A stretch of DNA of 64,000 nucleotides from Nitrospirae bacterium MYbin3 (GCA_002753335.1 PEAD01000006.1:1-64000), one strand, 5' to 3'. Counted from the first letter of the stretch, positions 27,534-39,003 are shown. Program-made: numbers and translations. The notes: generated by a model from the letters alone, not told the origin.

Positions 27534-28348
27534 TGGGAACTCTGCTTTTTGAACTCGCCCTCACCTTTTATTTTGCAGCCGCCATAATCAGCGTTGTAGA
27601 ACTCTTCAGGGGAACTAAAGAAGCCTCACGCCTTACATTCTACGCCACCTGCACCGGTTTTGCGATGCATACCGCATGCATCCTCTTTAGATATTTCAGC
27701 GCCGGACATCTCCCTATAACAAGCATGCACGAAGCATCATCGTTTTTCGCATGGTGCATAGTGTTCATATACTTTTTGCTCGAATACCAATACAAAATCG
27801 GCCTTATAGGCTCCTTCATACTTCCGGTAGTTTTTGTGCTGATGCTTTCATCATCCGTTCTTCCTAGACAGATGATGCCTCTGGATCCTGTGCTGCAAAG
27901 CTACTGGCTCGGAATACATACGCTGCTTGCATTTCTCGGCAATGCGGCATTCGCAACCGCTTTCGGCATCAGCATAATGTATCTGATACAGGAGCATCAC
28001 CTCAAATCAAAACACCTGCATGGCCTGTTCCAGAGGCTTCCGAGCATACAGGTGCTTGATGAAATAAACTACAAGCTCATATCTATCGGATTTCCGCTGC
28101 TGACGCTAGCGATAATCACCGGAATAATATGGGCAAATAACGCATGGGGCAGCTACTGGAGATGGGACCCAAAAGAAGTCTGGTCAATGATCACATGGCT
28201 TATCTACGCACTGATTCTCCACATCAGGCTCACCGCAGGCTGGCGCGGCAAAAAGGCTGCGATACTTTCGATACTCGGCTTTGTTGTCGTGATGTTCACA
28301 TTCTTTGGTGTTAATCTTCTGCTAAAAAGCGTGCATATATTCAAATGA
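27533..28348 (+). CDS. ccsA: Cytochrome c biogenesis protein CcsA/ResC (CcsB) family
   Basis: Multiple TMs, conserved His (WLGIH, ILH), WWD motif WANNAWGSYWRWDPKEVWS. Confidence 0.88.
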   Translation: MGTLLFELALTFYFAAAIISVVELFRGTKEASRLTFYATCTGFAMHTACILFRYFSAGHLPITSMHEASSFFAWCIVFIYFLLEYQYKIGLIGSFILPVVFVLMLSSSVLPRQMMPLDPVLQSYWLGIHTLLAFLGNAAFATAFGISIMYLIQEHHLKSKHLHGLFQRLPSIQVLDEINYKLISIGFPLLTLAIITGIIWANNAWGSYWRWDPKEVWSMITWLIYALILHIRLTAGWRGKKAAILSILGFVVVMFTFFGVNLLLKSVHIFK

Positions 28349-29619
28349 AGGTTTTGGTCATAGGTCTCAACCACAAGACTGCTGATGTGGAGGTGAGAGA
28401 GAAGCTTGCTTTTAACGGAGAAAAGCTTGAACTGGGAGTGCTCCGGCTTAGAGAAATCCCCGAAGTAAAAGAGGTCTCTGTGCTTTCGACCTGCAACAGG
28501 GTCGAAATGTATATATGCGCAATCGACACAGAATCTGCAATAGAAAAAATAAAACTCTTCTTGGCCGAATTCCACAACTTAAACAGAAGCAGTTTCGATC
28601 CCCACTTATACATACTTTCGGAAACAGAAGCGGTACGCCACATATTCAGAGTGGCTTCAAGCCTTGATTCCATGGTGCTCGGAGAGCCTCAGATACTGGG
28701 GCAGCTAAAAGATGCCTTCGATTTCTCGCTCGAGAAAAAAACAACCGGCGTCATGATGAACAAGCTGATGAAGAAGGCGATATCCACCGCAAAGAGAGTG
28801 CGCACCGAAACACGCATCGCCGAAAACGCAGTTTCGATAAGTTTTGCGGCGGTCGAGCTTGCAAGAAAAATTTTCAAAGAACTTTCAGGCACCTCCTGCA
28901 TGCTTCTGGGCGCGGGAGAAATGGCAGAGCTTGCGGCGCGACATCTTGTAAACAACGGTGTTTCAAATGTCATGGTGGCAAACAGAACCTACGAACGCGG
29001 ATGCGAACTGGCGAAAGAGTTTAAAGGCAAACCGGTCAAATACGAGGATTTCATAAATGAACTTGTCCATGTAGATATAATCATATGTTCCACCGGCGCA
29101 CCGACTTATGTGCTGAAAAAAGAGCATATGCATAAAGTTATGAAAGAGAGGCGGCACAAACCTGTCTTTCTCATAGATATTTCTGTACCTCGAAATATAG
29201 ACCCAGAGATAAACAATCTTGACAGCGTCTACCTATACAATGTAGATGATCTACAGGAAGTCATTGACACAAACATACTCGAAAGGCAAAAAGAGGCAGC
29301 AAAAGCAGAGGCTATAGTTCTCGAAGAAGTCGAAAAGTTTGTGAAGTGGGTGTCATCTCTTGATTCCGTGCCGGTAATCGTAGCGTTGAGGCAAAAAGCG
29401 GAAGAGATTAAAAAAGAGGAGCTCGAAAAGCTCAAAAACAAACTGCCAAACATTGATGAGGCCACAATGAAGGCCCTCGAATACACAGCCGGAGCAATAG
29501 TAAACAAATTGATACATCCACCTACGGCCGCTATGAAAGACGATTCGAATGATAGGGATGAGGCTGTCGCGCTTATAAAGAAAATCTACGGTATAAATGG
29601 AGACGACGGTGAAGAATAA
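28345..29619 (+). CDS. hemA: Glutamyl-tRNA reductase
   Basis: GLNHKTA, LSTCNRVE, SLDSMVLGEPQILGQ, GAGEM, DISVPRNI. Confidence 0.97.
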   Translation: MKVLVIGLNHKTADVEVREKLAFNGEKLELGVLRLREIPEVKEVSVLSTCNRVEMYICAIDTESAIEKIKLFLAEFHNLNRSSFDPHLYILSETEAVRHIFRVASSLDSMVLGEPQILGQLKDAFDFSLEKKTTGVMMNKLMKKAISTAKRVRTETRIAENAVSISFAAVELARKIFKELSGTSCMLLGAGEMAELAARHLVNNGVSNVMVANRTYERGCELAKEFKGKPVKYEDFINELVHVDIIICSTGAPTYVLKKEHMHKVMKERRHKPVFLIDISVPRNIDPEINNLDSVYLYNVDDLQEVIDTNILERQKEAAKAEAIVLEEVEKFVKWVSSLDSVPVIVALRQKAEEIKKEELEKLKNKLPNIDEATMKALEYTAGAIVNKLIHPPTAAMKDDSNDRDEAVALIKKIYGINGDDGEE

Positions 29620-30553
29620 AATTATCATAGGCACAAGAAGCAGCAAATTGGCTCTCTGGCAGGCCGAATGGATAAAGTCAAAGCTTCAGAAACTCAACCC
29701 CAATCTTGAAATCGAACTAAATAAAATTAAGACTACGGGCGACAAGATACTCGACGTGCCTCTCGCAAAGGTCGGAGGCAAAGGACTTTTCGTTAAAGAG
29801 ATAGAAGAGGCAATGCTCAGGAATGAAGCCGACTTAGCTGTCCACAGCATGAAGGATGTGCCGACCGACTTTCCCGAAAACCTTCATCTTGCTGTAATCA
29901 CAAAAAGAGAAGATCCGCGAGACGCTTTTATAACGCCATCCGGCAGCAATAAGTCAGCAGTCAAAAGTTTCAAAGACCTTCCTAACGGCGCGAAGGTTGG
30001 GACCAGCAGCCTAAGGCGCGCCTGCCAGTTGCTAAGCATCCGGCCTGATTTAAAAATCGAACAACTCAGAGGAAACCTCGATACAAGATTAAAAAAACTG
30101 GATGAAGGCCTTTTCGATGCGATAATTTTGGCAGCCGCAGGAGTTAATCGGCTGGGCTGGGCTGACAGAATAACCGAACTGCTGGAGCCTGAAATCAGTC
30201 TGCCCGCCATTGGGCAGGGTGCAGTAGGAATAGAATGCAGGATTGACGACAAATTCATAAACGATTTAATACAGCAACTCGACCATAAAGAAACATCCAT
30301 CTGCGTCCGCGCAGAGAGGGCATGCCTCAAGAAATTAGAAGGCGGATGTCAGGTGCCGATAGCGGCTTATGCTCGCTTAACAGACGGGAAAATTTCTATT
30401 AATGGGTTGGTGGGAAGCGTATCCGGCGAACGCATCATCCGAGCCTCATACTCTGGAAGCCTTGATAATCCTGAATCCCTCGGCATCGCGCTAGCCGAAG
30501 ACCTCCTTTCAAAAGGAGCCAAAGAGATATTGGCCGAAGTCTATGCCAAGTAA
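29597..30553 (+). CDS. hemC: Hydroxymethylbilane synthase
   Basis: GTRSSKLALWQA, GKGLFVKE, VHSMKD, GTSSLRR, LEGGCQVP. Start may be GTG at 29609. Confidence 0.97.
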   Translation: METTVKNKIIIGTRSSKLALWQAEWIKSKLQKLNPNLEIELNKIKTTGDKILDVPLAKVGGKGLFVKEIEEAMLRNEADLAVHSMKDVPTDFPENLHLAVITKREDPRDAFITPSGSNKSAVKSFKDLPNGAKVGTSSLRRACQLLSIRPDLKIEQLRGNLDTRLKKLDEGLFDAIILAAAGVNRLGWADRITELLEPEISLPAIGQGAVGIECRIDDKFINDLIQQLDHKETSICVRAERACLKKLEGGCQVPIAAYARLTDGKISINGLVGSVSGERIIRASYSGSLDNPESLGIALAEDLLSKGAKEILAEVYAK

Positions 30554-32084
30554 AGGCAAAGTCTATTTGATAGGAGCCGGCCCCGGCGACATAGGACTTA
30601 TGACAGTGAAGGGTCTGCGCTGTCTGAAAAAAGCTCAAGCGGTAGTCTATGATTTTCATCTCAACGCGCAGATACTAAACTACATAGACCACGACGCAGA
30701 ATTCATCTATGCAGGAAAGCGCGGCGGCCACCATGCCATGACGCAGGACGAGATAAACCGCGCCATCGTCGAAAAAGCGAAAGAAGGCAAAATCGTCTGC
30801 AGACTTAAAGGCGGCGACCCTTTTGTATTCGGACGCGGCGGAGAAGAAGCCGAAGCGCTCGTTGCCGAAGGCATAGCTTTCGAAGTGGTTCCGGGAGTGA
30901 GTTCATCCATAGCTGCTCCTGCTTACGCAGGAATACCTCTGACCCACAGAAACTACTCATCCTCATTTGCTGTAATAACCGGCAACGAAGATATAACAAA
31001 ACCCGAAAGTACGATTGACTGGTCAAAATTATCGTCCGGCTTCGACACCCTTGTGTTCCTGATGGGCATAAAAAATATCAGCGCTATAACGTCAAAGCTC
31101 ATCGAGCACGGCAAGAATCCGCAAACGCCCGCCGCAGTAGTAAGATGGGGTACAAGGCCTGATCAAAAGACCGTAGTAAGCACAATTAAAGACATAGCTG
31201 AACTTATAAGCGAAGAGAATATTAAACCGCCTGCTGTGATGGTCATCGGAGACGTCGTAAAGCTGAGAGAAACCCTGAATTGGTACGAGAAAAAACCTCT
31301 GTTCGGCCATAGAATACTCATCACCCGCGAATACTCCTCAGACTATGAACCACTTGAAGATTTAGGTGCAGAGATATTCGAGTTCCCGACCATCAAAACC
31401 GTGCCGCCCGAAGATTACGCCGAACTGGATGCGGCCATAGCAAAAATAGAAACATACAACTGGATTATCTTCACAAGCGCAAATGGCTTTAAATATTTCA
31501 TAAAAAGATTTGTGAAAAGCGGCAGGGACATTAGAGATATGAAAGGCGTGAAAATTTGCGCCATCGGATCAAAAACAGCAGAATTGATTAATAGCTACGC
31601 GCTGAAAGTAGATTTAATCCCTGATGAATTCAATGCAGAGGGACTTATAACAGCATTTAGTCAGCAATCGACAGCAGTCGATAGTCTAAAAGGCATGAAA
31701 TTTCTGCTTCCACGTGCAGAGACGGCAAGAAAAATATTCCCTCAAAAAGCCAGAGAACTCGGAGCAGAAATAGACGTACCCACAGCCTACCGAACTGTTA
31801 AGCCCGAGAAACATGGTAAACGCCTCATACGTTTTTTGAAAGAAGGCAGAATTTCTATCGCCACATTCACAAGCGCAGCCACCTTCAACAATTTCACGGA
31901 CATGCTCGGACAAGATGTAGTGGAATTTCTAAAACACTCTGCCATTGCAGTAATTGGCCCGGTTACGGCAAAGGCTGTAGAGAAATCAGGCCTGAAAGTT
32001 TCGATAATGCCAGAAACAGCAACCATTAACGCGATGGTCGAAAAGATAATAGCTTGGGCAAGCCAAGATAAATCGGCATCATAA
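30543..32084 (+). CDS. cobA: Uroporphyrinogen-III C-methyltransferase / uroporphyrinogen-III synthase fusion (CobA/HemD)
   Basis: GAGPGD, RLKGGDPFVFGRGGEE, then HemD motifs IFTSANG, AIG, FTSA, VIGPVTA. Confidence 0.94.
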   Translation: MPSKGKVYLIGAGPGDIGLMTVKGLRCLKKAQAVVYDFHLNAQILNYIDHDAEFIYAGKRGGHHAMTQDEINRAIVEKAKEGKIVCRLKGGDPFVFGRGGEEAEALVAEGIAFEVVPGVSSSIAAPAYAGIPLTHRNYSSSFAVITGNEDITKPESTIDWSKLSSGFDTLVFLMGIKNISAITSKLIEHGKNPQTPAAVVRWGTRPDQKTVVSTIKDIAELISEENIKPPAVMVIGDVVKLRETLNWYEKKPLFGHRILITREYSSDYEPLEDLGAEIFEFPTIKTVPPEDYAELDAAIAKIETYNWIIFTSANGFKYFIKRFVKSGRDIRDMKGVKICAIGSKTAELINSYALKVDLIPDEFNAEGLITAFSQQSTAVDSLKGMKFLLPRAETARKIFPQKARELGAEIDVPTAYRTVKPEKHGKRLIRFLKEGRISIATFTSAATFNNFTDMLGQDVVEFLKHSAIAVIGPVTAKAVEKSGLKVSIMPETATINAMVEKIIAWASQDKSAS

Positions 32085-32140
32085 GATTTATCTTCTTACA
32101 CTTACAACTAACATTGCGGGAAAGATAAAACTACCTTTTT

Positions 32141-34072
32141 CTACTTTTTAGTTTTTAACTGATCCAGTCCGGCAATAACCTGTTTAGATGTTTCTTTCAT
32201 CTGCCCATACAGTTCACGAGCAGTGAGGGGGTCCGTTTCCATTAGCGCCTTTTTTGCAACCGCATGAAATATCTTGTGGGCTTCTTCAATGCCGGTAAAA
32301 GCATTGCTGCTGCCAAACATTTCTCTGCCATTTGTGTAGTACCATTTGCCCATACGGCAGCTGGTATGATCAGCTATCTTGTTGGGATCAAGTTTTGTTA
32401 TTCCCATAAGATGAGCAAAAACTTTGGCCGAGAAGATAAGATGATCTGTCTTTACAAGATCGAGAAAGAAATCTGTGTCCATATGGTACTGCATTTTAGA
32501 TGTGCGATCGCGGAAATCACTGATACTGAGTACAAGCCGCACTCCCTGTTGAAGCGCACTTTCGGATTCTATTGCTCCTTCGCCTGATATCGCCAGACTG
32601 ATATCTGCGCTTTCGGCTACGCCGCTTGCGACCTGAGAAAGTTCATTCATAGCGTTTGTAATTTCTAAAACATGATTCCTGGTGTCTTGGGCATTTGAAA
32701 CTATACTGGTAAAAGTCTCGCTTATCAGGCCCAACTGATTAAAGACCTCCATCAGGTCTCCGCTGGCTGTCGACATCTTGGCATTAGTATTGACCGATTC
32801 TTTCTGTATTTCTGTTATCTGACCCGATATCTCGGTCGTGGCCTTTATGGTTCTCTCGGCAAGTTTACGGACCTCATCCGCTACCACCGCAAATCCCCTG
32901 CCCTGCTCTCCTGCTCGCGCAGCTTCTATGGCAGCATTGAGAGCCAAAAGATTTGTTTGGTCTGCGATGTCCGTAATTGTTACGACCACACTTTGTATAC
33001 CGGTTATTTTGTTGCTGAGAGAATTGATATTGTCTCCCAAGTCGCTGATGGTAGCGATAAAGGCATCCATAACTTTTTGGGCTTCTCCCAGCACATTCTC
33101 ACCTTCATTCGCAGAGTCGGCAGTCTTGACAGTAAGCTCTGAAGTGTTCTTTATGTTAGATGTTATACCGCCGACAGTGCTCGCCATTTCGGTCGAAGAA
33201 GTGGCGGTCCGGCTTGATTCATCAAGCTGTTTTTTTGCGTCCGCAAGCCCCTTTTCCTGACGGTCCAACAGAACTTCCAGCGTTGGCATCATAACATTCA
33301 CCGAACCTAGTATATCAATACCCATCCCGTTGAGGGTTTTCTTCATTACATGTATGTTCTTGGCAAGCTCTCCAATTTCATCATCCGCAAATTTAAATCT
33401 ATCGGCCTGTTTAGGGGTATCGATGTTTCCCTTCGCCACTTCCTGAATAATCTCTAGTATTTTATTAAGCGGCTTATTTATTGATTTGCGAATATAGAAT
33501 CCTATGACAATAGATATAGCAAGTGCGATAGTGATTATTGCACCAGCAATTTTAAGAAAGCTTATCAACTTTTCTTTTCTTGCTTCGGCCTCTTTCTCTT
33601 CTTCCAAAACATAGTTATTCGCTACAGATAAAGTTTCGGTGCCAATCTTGTCGAAACTTTCCATCACCTTGTTGCCCTTCTCCCAGCTTGAGGAATAGGC
33701 ATCAACCATTTCATTCCCTGTTTTCCACATTTCATTTAGCAGCTTTTTGAGCAATTCAAGATTTTTGATATGCTCTTTTTTTTCAGAATCAACCTTTATG
33801 ATCGCATCTACATCTTTCAATGCCTTTTCTAAAGCAGGTTTGGCTTCATTGTTTATAACATTTTTATCTTTGGTCAAAGATGCATCGGTAAAAAACTGCC
33901 ATACTTTTGATGCATTAAGCTGCATGTCTTTTGCTATCTTAATCTCATCCTGCTGTTCTGTGTACTCCGAAATCTGGTGATGCATATATCTCGCAAAAAA
34001 GATGAAGAGTATAACTGCCAGTATCTGGAGCGCCGATATAATCAATAATTTTTTATTTACCGTAATCTTCAT
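32141..34072 (-). CDS. Methyl-accepting chemotaxis protein with a C-terminal CZB zinc-binding domain
   Basis: TM-4[45 protein letters not shown] pattern DH...[11 protein letters not shown]...H..FH. Confidence 0.92.
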   Translation of the reverse strand: MKITVNKKLLIISALQILAVILFIFFARYMHHQISEYTEQQDEIKIAKDMQLNASKVWQFFTDASLTKDKNVINNEAKPALEKALKDVDAIIKVDSEKKEHIKNLELLKKLLNEMWKTGNEMVDAYSSSWEKGNKVMESFDKIGTETLSVANNYVLEEEKEAEARKEKLISFLKIAGAIITIALAISIVIGFYIRKSINKPLNKILEIIQEVAKGNIDTPKQADRFKFADDEIGELAKNIHVMKKTLNGMGIDILGSVNVMMPTLEVLLDRQEKGLADAKKQLDESSRTATSSTEMASTVGGITSNIKNTSELTVKTADSANEGENVLGEAQKVMDAFIATISDLGDNINSLSNKITGIQSVVVTITDIADQTNLLALNAAIEAARAGEQGRGFAVVADEVRKLAERTIKATTEISGQITEIQKESVNTNAKMSTASGDLMEVFNQLGLISETFTSIVSNAQDTRNHVLEITNAMNELSQVASGVAESADISLAISGEGAIESESALQQGVRLVLSISDFRDRTSKMQYHMDTDFFLDLVKTDHLIFSAKVFAHLMGITKLDPNKIADHTSCRMGKWYYTNGREMFGSSNAFTGIEEAHKIFHAVAKKALMETDPLTARELYGQMKETSKQVIAGLDQLKTKK

Positions 34073-34161
34073 GACATTTCTCCTAAGTATAACTTCATTA
34101 TTATAAAAACCAAGCCTGCACTCAAAAATTTAATAGAAGCCCCTTTGGTAATATACCATCT

Positions 34162-36228
34162 TCAAACTGAACTTGTCCTGAACTCATCAGTAGATGTTCT
34201 CAGTTCATTGGCGATTTTTACTAACCCTCCAACCTCATTCATTACCTCTGCAGACATTTTCTCCATATCGGCCGCAATTGTTGAAGTCCTCTCTATATTG
34301 TCAGAAACTTCCTGTGCCGCTGCTGACTGCTCCTCAACGGCGGTTGCTATATGCGTAACCTGATCTTTTACATTCTGGACAGAAGCAACAATATGGTTCA
34401 ATGAATTTTCAACCTGCCTTATATAATTTGTAGCCTGTTCAACCCCAGCAGCAGAGTCCTCCATAGATTTTGCGGTTTGTTCCGCCTCGACCTGAACCGC
34501 AGATATCTTTTCTGAAATCTCTGTAGTAGCCTTGATTGTCCTCTCTGCAAGCTTTCTTACCTCATCTGCAACAACCGCAAATCCGCGCCCCTGCTCCCCT
34601 GCCCTTGCCGCTTCTATCGCCGCATTAAGCGCGAGCAGATTTGTCTGGTCCGCAATATCTTTTATTACCGTAACAATTTCCCCTATTTCGTTTGTCCTGT
34701 TATGCATCTTCTCAACCATCTTAGAAAGTTCGATCGTAGAATTGTGAACTGTGTTTACAGTATCAACCGCCCCAGCAACCGTAACTTTTCCCTCGTCTGC
34801 TGTTTTCATCGCCTCTGTAGATGTGTCCGAAGCCACCGCTGCATTTCTTGCTATATCGGTAATTGTCTGGCTCATTTCCTCAGCTGCAGTGGCTATCTGA
34901 TTAGCCTGCCCTGATTGAGTTTTGGCGCCGGCGTCGGTTCTTTCTGCTCTCTCTTTAAGCTCTCCCACAATCCTTATCGTGCTTTCAGAAGAGCGCACAA
35001 CCCCCCTGATCATTCCGCTGAGTGACTGGATCATTCTATTTATATCTTCAGAAAGTGCGCCTATTTCATCTTTGCTTTTAATCGGCAAAGAAAGCGTAAA
35101 GTCTCCTTTTGCAATATACTTGACGGTATTGGCAACCTCAGCAATCGGCCTTGTTACGAGCCTCTCGGATATAGAATGAAGAAGCGCAACCAATAAAGCA
35201 ATAAACACTATGGTACCGATGATAAGCTTATTTCTCATGGCTCTGCTTTCACCGTAAAACTCGTCAATATAGCTTCCGGCGCCTATCAGCCAATCCCAAT
35301 TTTTGTAGTACGTATATACCACTATTTTATCCCGAGGAGCCTTGTCGCCTTTGTCTTTGTTCATCCATGGATAGACAATCACGCCCTCTTTTTTATCAAG
35401 CATCTCTTTTATAAATTCCTTGCCGTCTGAATCTTTGGCGCCCAATAAGTTCTGCCCCTCTACAGCCGGATGTATCGTAGCAACACCTTTATTCGGCCCC
35501 TCTTTGCCGTCTATTGCGTAAACATAGCCCGTTTCACCTATCTTTATAGACTTCACCTTTTCCTTAAGCGCCTTCAGTTCTTCTGTGAAATCAAGCCCGA
35601 TAAAAAGAACCCCTAAAATTTCATTGCCGTTTTTAATAGGGACATATTTGGTCATGTAGTCCTTGCCGAAAAGGCTTGCCTTGCCTGTGTACTCTTCCCC
35701 TGCAATAAGTTTTGCATGGGCCGGATGCGCCTTGCCAAGCATTGTACCGACCGCCCGGGTCTTGCCGTCCTCTTTTTTTAGCGAGGTGGATATACGTACA
35801 AAATCATCACCTTTTTTAGCAAAAACCGTAGCCACCGCTCCGGTAATTGCTGTAAAGCGGTCAACTCCCGAAAAATCCATGTTCAATGTCCTGCCTTCAT
35901 ACCTGAAAACAGGGGTGTCTGTTTCGCCAATCTTAAAGCTGCTCCCGCTTTCAAGGCTGAACTTGCCGGGGAAGTAGGAAAGCAAGACTTTGCTCATCTT
36001 GTCAGCGCCTTTTCTGAAGCTTATATCCTCCACAGCTATCATATCCGATACGAGTTTTGTTTCCAGCCCCAGTTCAGAAAAATTATGTTTTTTTATAATT
36101 CCTGATACCGAAAATACGATATACGTAGAGGCTATGCTGATAAATATTATTGCTACAAAAGAAATAGCTATTGTCAGTTTCTTGCCGATCGAAAAACCAG
36201 AGCCAGCTTGTAATATTTTCATCAACAT
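34162..36228 (-). CDS. Methyl-accepting chemotaxis protein with a Cache-type sensor
   Basis: '[22 protein letters not shown]' and 'IGETGYVY...HP' Cache patterns; HAMP; MCP signalling hairpin. Confidence 0.93.
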   Translation of the reverse strand: MLMKILQAGSGFSIGKKLTIAISFVAIIFISIASTYIVFSVSGIIKKHNFSELGLETKLVSDMIAVEDISFRKGADKMSKVLLSYFPGKFSLESGSSFKIGETDTPVFRYEGRTLNMDFSGVDRFTAITGAVATVFAKKGDDFVRISTSLKKEDGKTRAVGTMLGKAHPAHAKLIAGEEYTGKASLFGKDYMTKYVPIKNGNEILGVLFIGLDFTEELKALKEKVKSIKIGETGYVYAIDGKEGPNKGVATIHPAVEGQNLLGAKDSDGKEFIKEMLDKKEGVIVYPWMNKDKGDKAPRDKIVVYTYYKNWDWLIGAGSYIDEFYGESRAMRNKLIIGTIVFIALLVALLHSISERLVTRPIAEVANTVKYIAKGDFTLSLPIKSKDEIGALSEDINRMIQSLSGMIRGVVRSSESTIRIVGELKERAERTDAGAKTQSGQANQIATAAEEMSQTITDIARNAAVASDTSTEAMKTADEGKVTVAGAVDTVNTVHNSTIELSKMVEKMHNRTNEIGEIVTVIKDIADQTNLLALNAAIEAARAGEQGRGFAVVADEVRKLAERTIKATTEISEKISAVQVEAEQTAKSMEDSAAGVEQATNYIRQVENSLNHIVASVQNVKDQVTHIATAVEEQSAAAQEVSDNIERTSTIAADMEKMSAEVMNEVGGLVKIANELRTSTDEFRTSSV

Positions 36229-36305
36229 ATACCTCGCTTATTTGTATTTGAACACATCCGGAAATTATAACACAGATTTTTTTACGCCTGATAGGTTTTT
36301 ACGTT

Positions 36306-37823
36306 TTAGGTCTGCTTGCTTGGAGCATCCATATCCTGCTCCCGCCAGCGTGTAGGGAAAACAAATTCTACTGTTGTGCCCCTGCCTTCTTTGCTGTCTA
36401 TGGTTATCTCTCCCATGTGCTCCAGCACTATCTGCCTTACGAGAGGAAGCCCCATGCCGCTGCGGCTTTTTGTGCTGTAAAAAGGCTCGAATACCTTGTT
36501 CAGGTCCTCGCTCGCTATGCCTCTGCCAAGATCCGAAATCTTTAAATATATTTTTTCGCCTCTCATGCCTGTGGATACAGCAATTATGCCGTCTTCCTGC
36601 GTAGCGTCTATAGCGTTATTGAAGACATGGTTGAGGCCAATCCTTATCAGCTGCCTGTTTGCATTAAACATAAGCGGCCTCTCAAAAAGCTGCACCGAAT
36701 GCTGTATGTTTTTTTCTTTCATCGGTTTTTCGAGCAGAGCGATCGTGGATCTAACAATTTCGTTCATATCCTCACGCTTGAACTGAAAGCGCTTGCTTTT
36801 AACCAGAGAGTCAAACTCGGCCATCATATTTTCCATTTTTTTGCATTCAGCAAGAATGTCCTTCAATTTAGCACTGACATATTCGTCGATATCGGTCTTC
36901 AGCAGATGCCTGCAGTGCCCGCCGATAATGGTTATAGGATTTCTTACGCGGTCTGCGACCCTAAGTCCCACCATGCTCATAGTTCGCTCTGCCACAATGT
37001 CCTCTAACTCGCGATTAAGATTAAGCACCTCACTGTTTATCTCCTCTATCATCTTATTGTCTGTTTCGATCCTGTTATAGAACCAACCAAACCGTTTGTT
37101 GATTATAAGAAGCACCACTCCAAAAAAAACTGTGTATATCGCCATAAAATAAGTCACAGTGTTTGCTGCGGCAGAGAGGGGAACACTCACCGGAATATAA
37201 ACAAACATCGCATCCACAAGCTCTCCGGCCTTCATATAAAAACCGGCTTCAGAGCCATATACCTCGATTATTTCGCGCGGAGCAGCCTTAGGCGTGCTGT
37301 GGCAGGGCAGACAGCTTTCTTTTACGGCCGACCCAGGTCGGGCTATCACATAGAATTTGCCGTCATCACTATCGATAAGATCATTTTTTTCTTTAATATC
37401 TCTGTTCTCCAAAAACTGCTTTATGATTTCGGCTTCGTATACGTCCGCTCTGTTTTTAGGGCTCCGTGCGTTGAGCGAAGCATGCTTGAATTTATATCCG
37501 GGCAGATTAACCATTACCTGCCGGGCTATGGCACCAGCAACATATGAGCGAGACATGCCTTCGCGTATGAATTTTTTAGGCAGCTCTTTTTGCAGGCGGG
37601 GCCTCAACTCTTCAGATACATAATTTCTTGTAGCCTCTATAGCGGCAAGATAGAGCCTCCCTGTCTCATACACATGGTCTATAGCGTTATGCTTTAGGAT
37701 AAGATAGGAAAAACCCATTACGATCGGAAAAGAGGCTACGTAAATAAGAATCAGTAAAAGTGTGAAGCGGCGCTTCGGTTCAAGCCTGTCAAAATGAAAG
37801 ACTTTATTAAGAAGCTCCATCAT
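36306..37823 (-). CDS. Histidine-kinase-like sensor with a periplasmic c-type heme (DUF3365-like) domain and a non-canonical H-box
   Basis: TM, 'ASLNARSPKNRAD..E', CLPCH (CxxCH), TM, H-box reading ADRVRNP, NNAIDA, DLGRGI, FEPFYSTK, GMGL. Confidence 0.85.
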   Translation of the reverse strand: MMELLNKVFHFDRLEPKRRFTLLLILIYVASFPIVMGFSYLILKHNAIDHVYETGRLYLAAIEATRNYVSEELRPRLQKELPKKFIREGMSRSYVAGAIARQVMVNLPGYKFKHASLNARSPKNRADVYEAEIIKQFLENRDIKEKNDLIDSDDGKFYVIARPGSAVKESCLPCHSTPKAAPREIIEVYGSEAGFYMKAGELVDAMFVYIPVSVPLSAAANTVTYFMAIYTVFFGVVLLIINKRFGWFYNRIETDNKMIEEINSEVLNLNRELEDIVAERTMSMVGLRVADRVRNPITIIGGHCRHLLKTDIDEYVSAKLKDILAECKKMENMMAEFDSLVKSKRFQFKREDMNEIVRSTIALLEKPMKEKNIQHSVQLFERPLMFNANRQLIRIGLNHVFNNAIDATQEDGIIAVSTGMRGEKIYLKISDLGRGIASEDLNKVFEPFYSTKSRSGMGLPLVRQIVLEHMGEITIDSKEGRGTTVEFVFPTRWREQDMDAPSKQT

Positions 37824-37825
37824 CG

Positions 37826-38851
37826 TCAGCGGTTGTGCGAGGCCTTCTCTTCAAGGATCTGAAGCTTCGATATTTCACCGAGGGCTATCAGTGTGTCCCC
37901 TGCCTTTATAGTCGTTCTAAACGTGGGATTGAAAGCCAGCTGGCCATCCAGTTTTTTAATTGCTACGATGATAATGCCTAGCTCTCTCCCTATACCGCAC
38001 TCATCCAGCGTTAAGCCCGCAAGGTTAGATCCCTCCTTTACAGAAACCTCTTCCATCTGCAGATCGATGTTTCCGCTCTTTGTGGCAAACTCGATGAAGT
38101 CCATAACTGCAGGCTTCAGTATGGTGTGGGCCATTCTCAAGCCTCCAATGTGATACGGTGATACGACGCGATCAGCACCGGCCCTGAAGAGCTTCTGCTC
38201 CGAGCCTTCCTCTCCAGCCCGCGCAACTATTAAAAGTTCGGCGTTCAAACCACGGGCGCTCAAAACCACAAAAAGGTTTTCTGCATCTGTCGGCAGCACC
38301 GATACAAGCCCCTTGGCCCTCTCGATACCGACCTTCTTGAGCACCTCATCCTCTGTTGCATCGCCCTCAAATATGATCGTCTCGTCAACGTCAACCACGC
38401 TGTCCGATTTCTTTTCAACAACGACAAAGGGTATTTTCTTGTCACTCAGCTCTTTGCAGATAATTTTTCCCATCCTGCCGAAGCCGCAGATAATATAGTG
38501 GTCTTTCAAAAGCCTTATCTTCTTTTCCAATCTCTTCCTCCCGAAAACCGAATGTAGTTCGCCTTCAAGTATAACCTGTGCCCCTATGCTCAGAAGATAG
38601 AGCACGCTTCCAACACCTCCAACTATCAGTATTATCGTAAATACCGTTCCCTGAACAGATAGAGGATGAATTTCCCTGTACCCTACCGTGGTTAAAGTTA
38701 TAATCGTCATATACAGGGCGTCAAGAAAGTTCCAGCCCTCTATAACCATATACCCTGTCACGCCAAAAGAGATTATAAGAAGAATCAGAATAAAAGGCAG
38801 TATCGGCCTGCCTTTGAACTTATCGAATACCTTATTGCTATTACCGGTCAA
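37826..38851 (-). CDS. Potassium channel protein with RCK/TrkA-N and TrkA-C domains
   Basis: Selectivity filter TTVGY, CGFGRMG NAD-binding motif; TTG start at 38851 after GGAG (track start 38908). Confidence 0.92.
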   Translation of the reverse strand: MTGNSNKVFDKFKGRPILPFILILLIISFGVTGYMVIEGWNFLDALYMTIITLTTVGYREIHPLSVQGTVFTIILIVGGVGSVLYLLSIGAQVILEGELHSVFGRKRLEKKIRLLKDHYIICGFGRMGKIICKELSDKKIPFVVVEKKSDSVVDVDETIIFEGDATEDEVLKKVGIERAKGLVSVLPTDAENLFVVLSARGLNAELLIVARAGEEGSEQKLFRAGADRVVSPYHIGGLRMAHTILKPAVMDFIEFATKSGNIDLQMEEVSVKEGSNLAGLTLDECGIGRELGIIIVAIKKLDGQLAFNPTFRTTIKAGDTLIALGEISKLQILEEKASHNR

Positions 38852-38939
38852 GGTTCTCCTTTCGGCGCTGCAAAGAATAGTTAATAAATGTAGCATAACA
38901 GCAACCACTAAAAAAAGAAGCCATGAGCGGCAAATCTAT

Positions 38940-38975
38940 AAAAAACCCCGCAATGTCGAATGGCATTGCGGGGTT
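38940..38975 (-). terminator. Intrinsic terminator of the por operon
   Basis: AACCCCGCAATG/CATTGCGGGGTT stem followed by a U tract on the minus strand, about 30 bp after the porB stop. Confidence 0.8.
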
Positions 38976-39003
38976 AATGATGATAGATCCTAAACTGCTT
39001 CGC

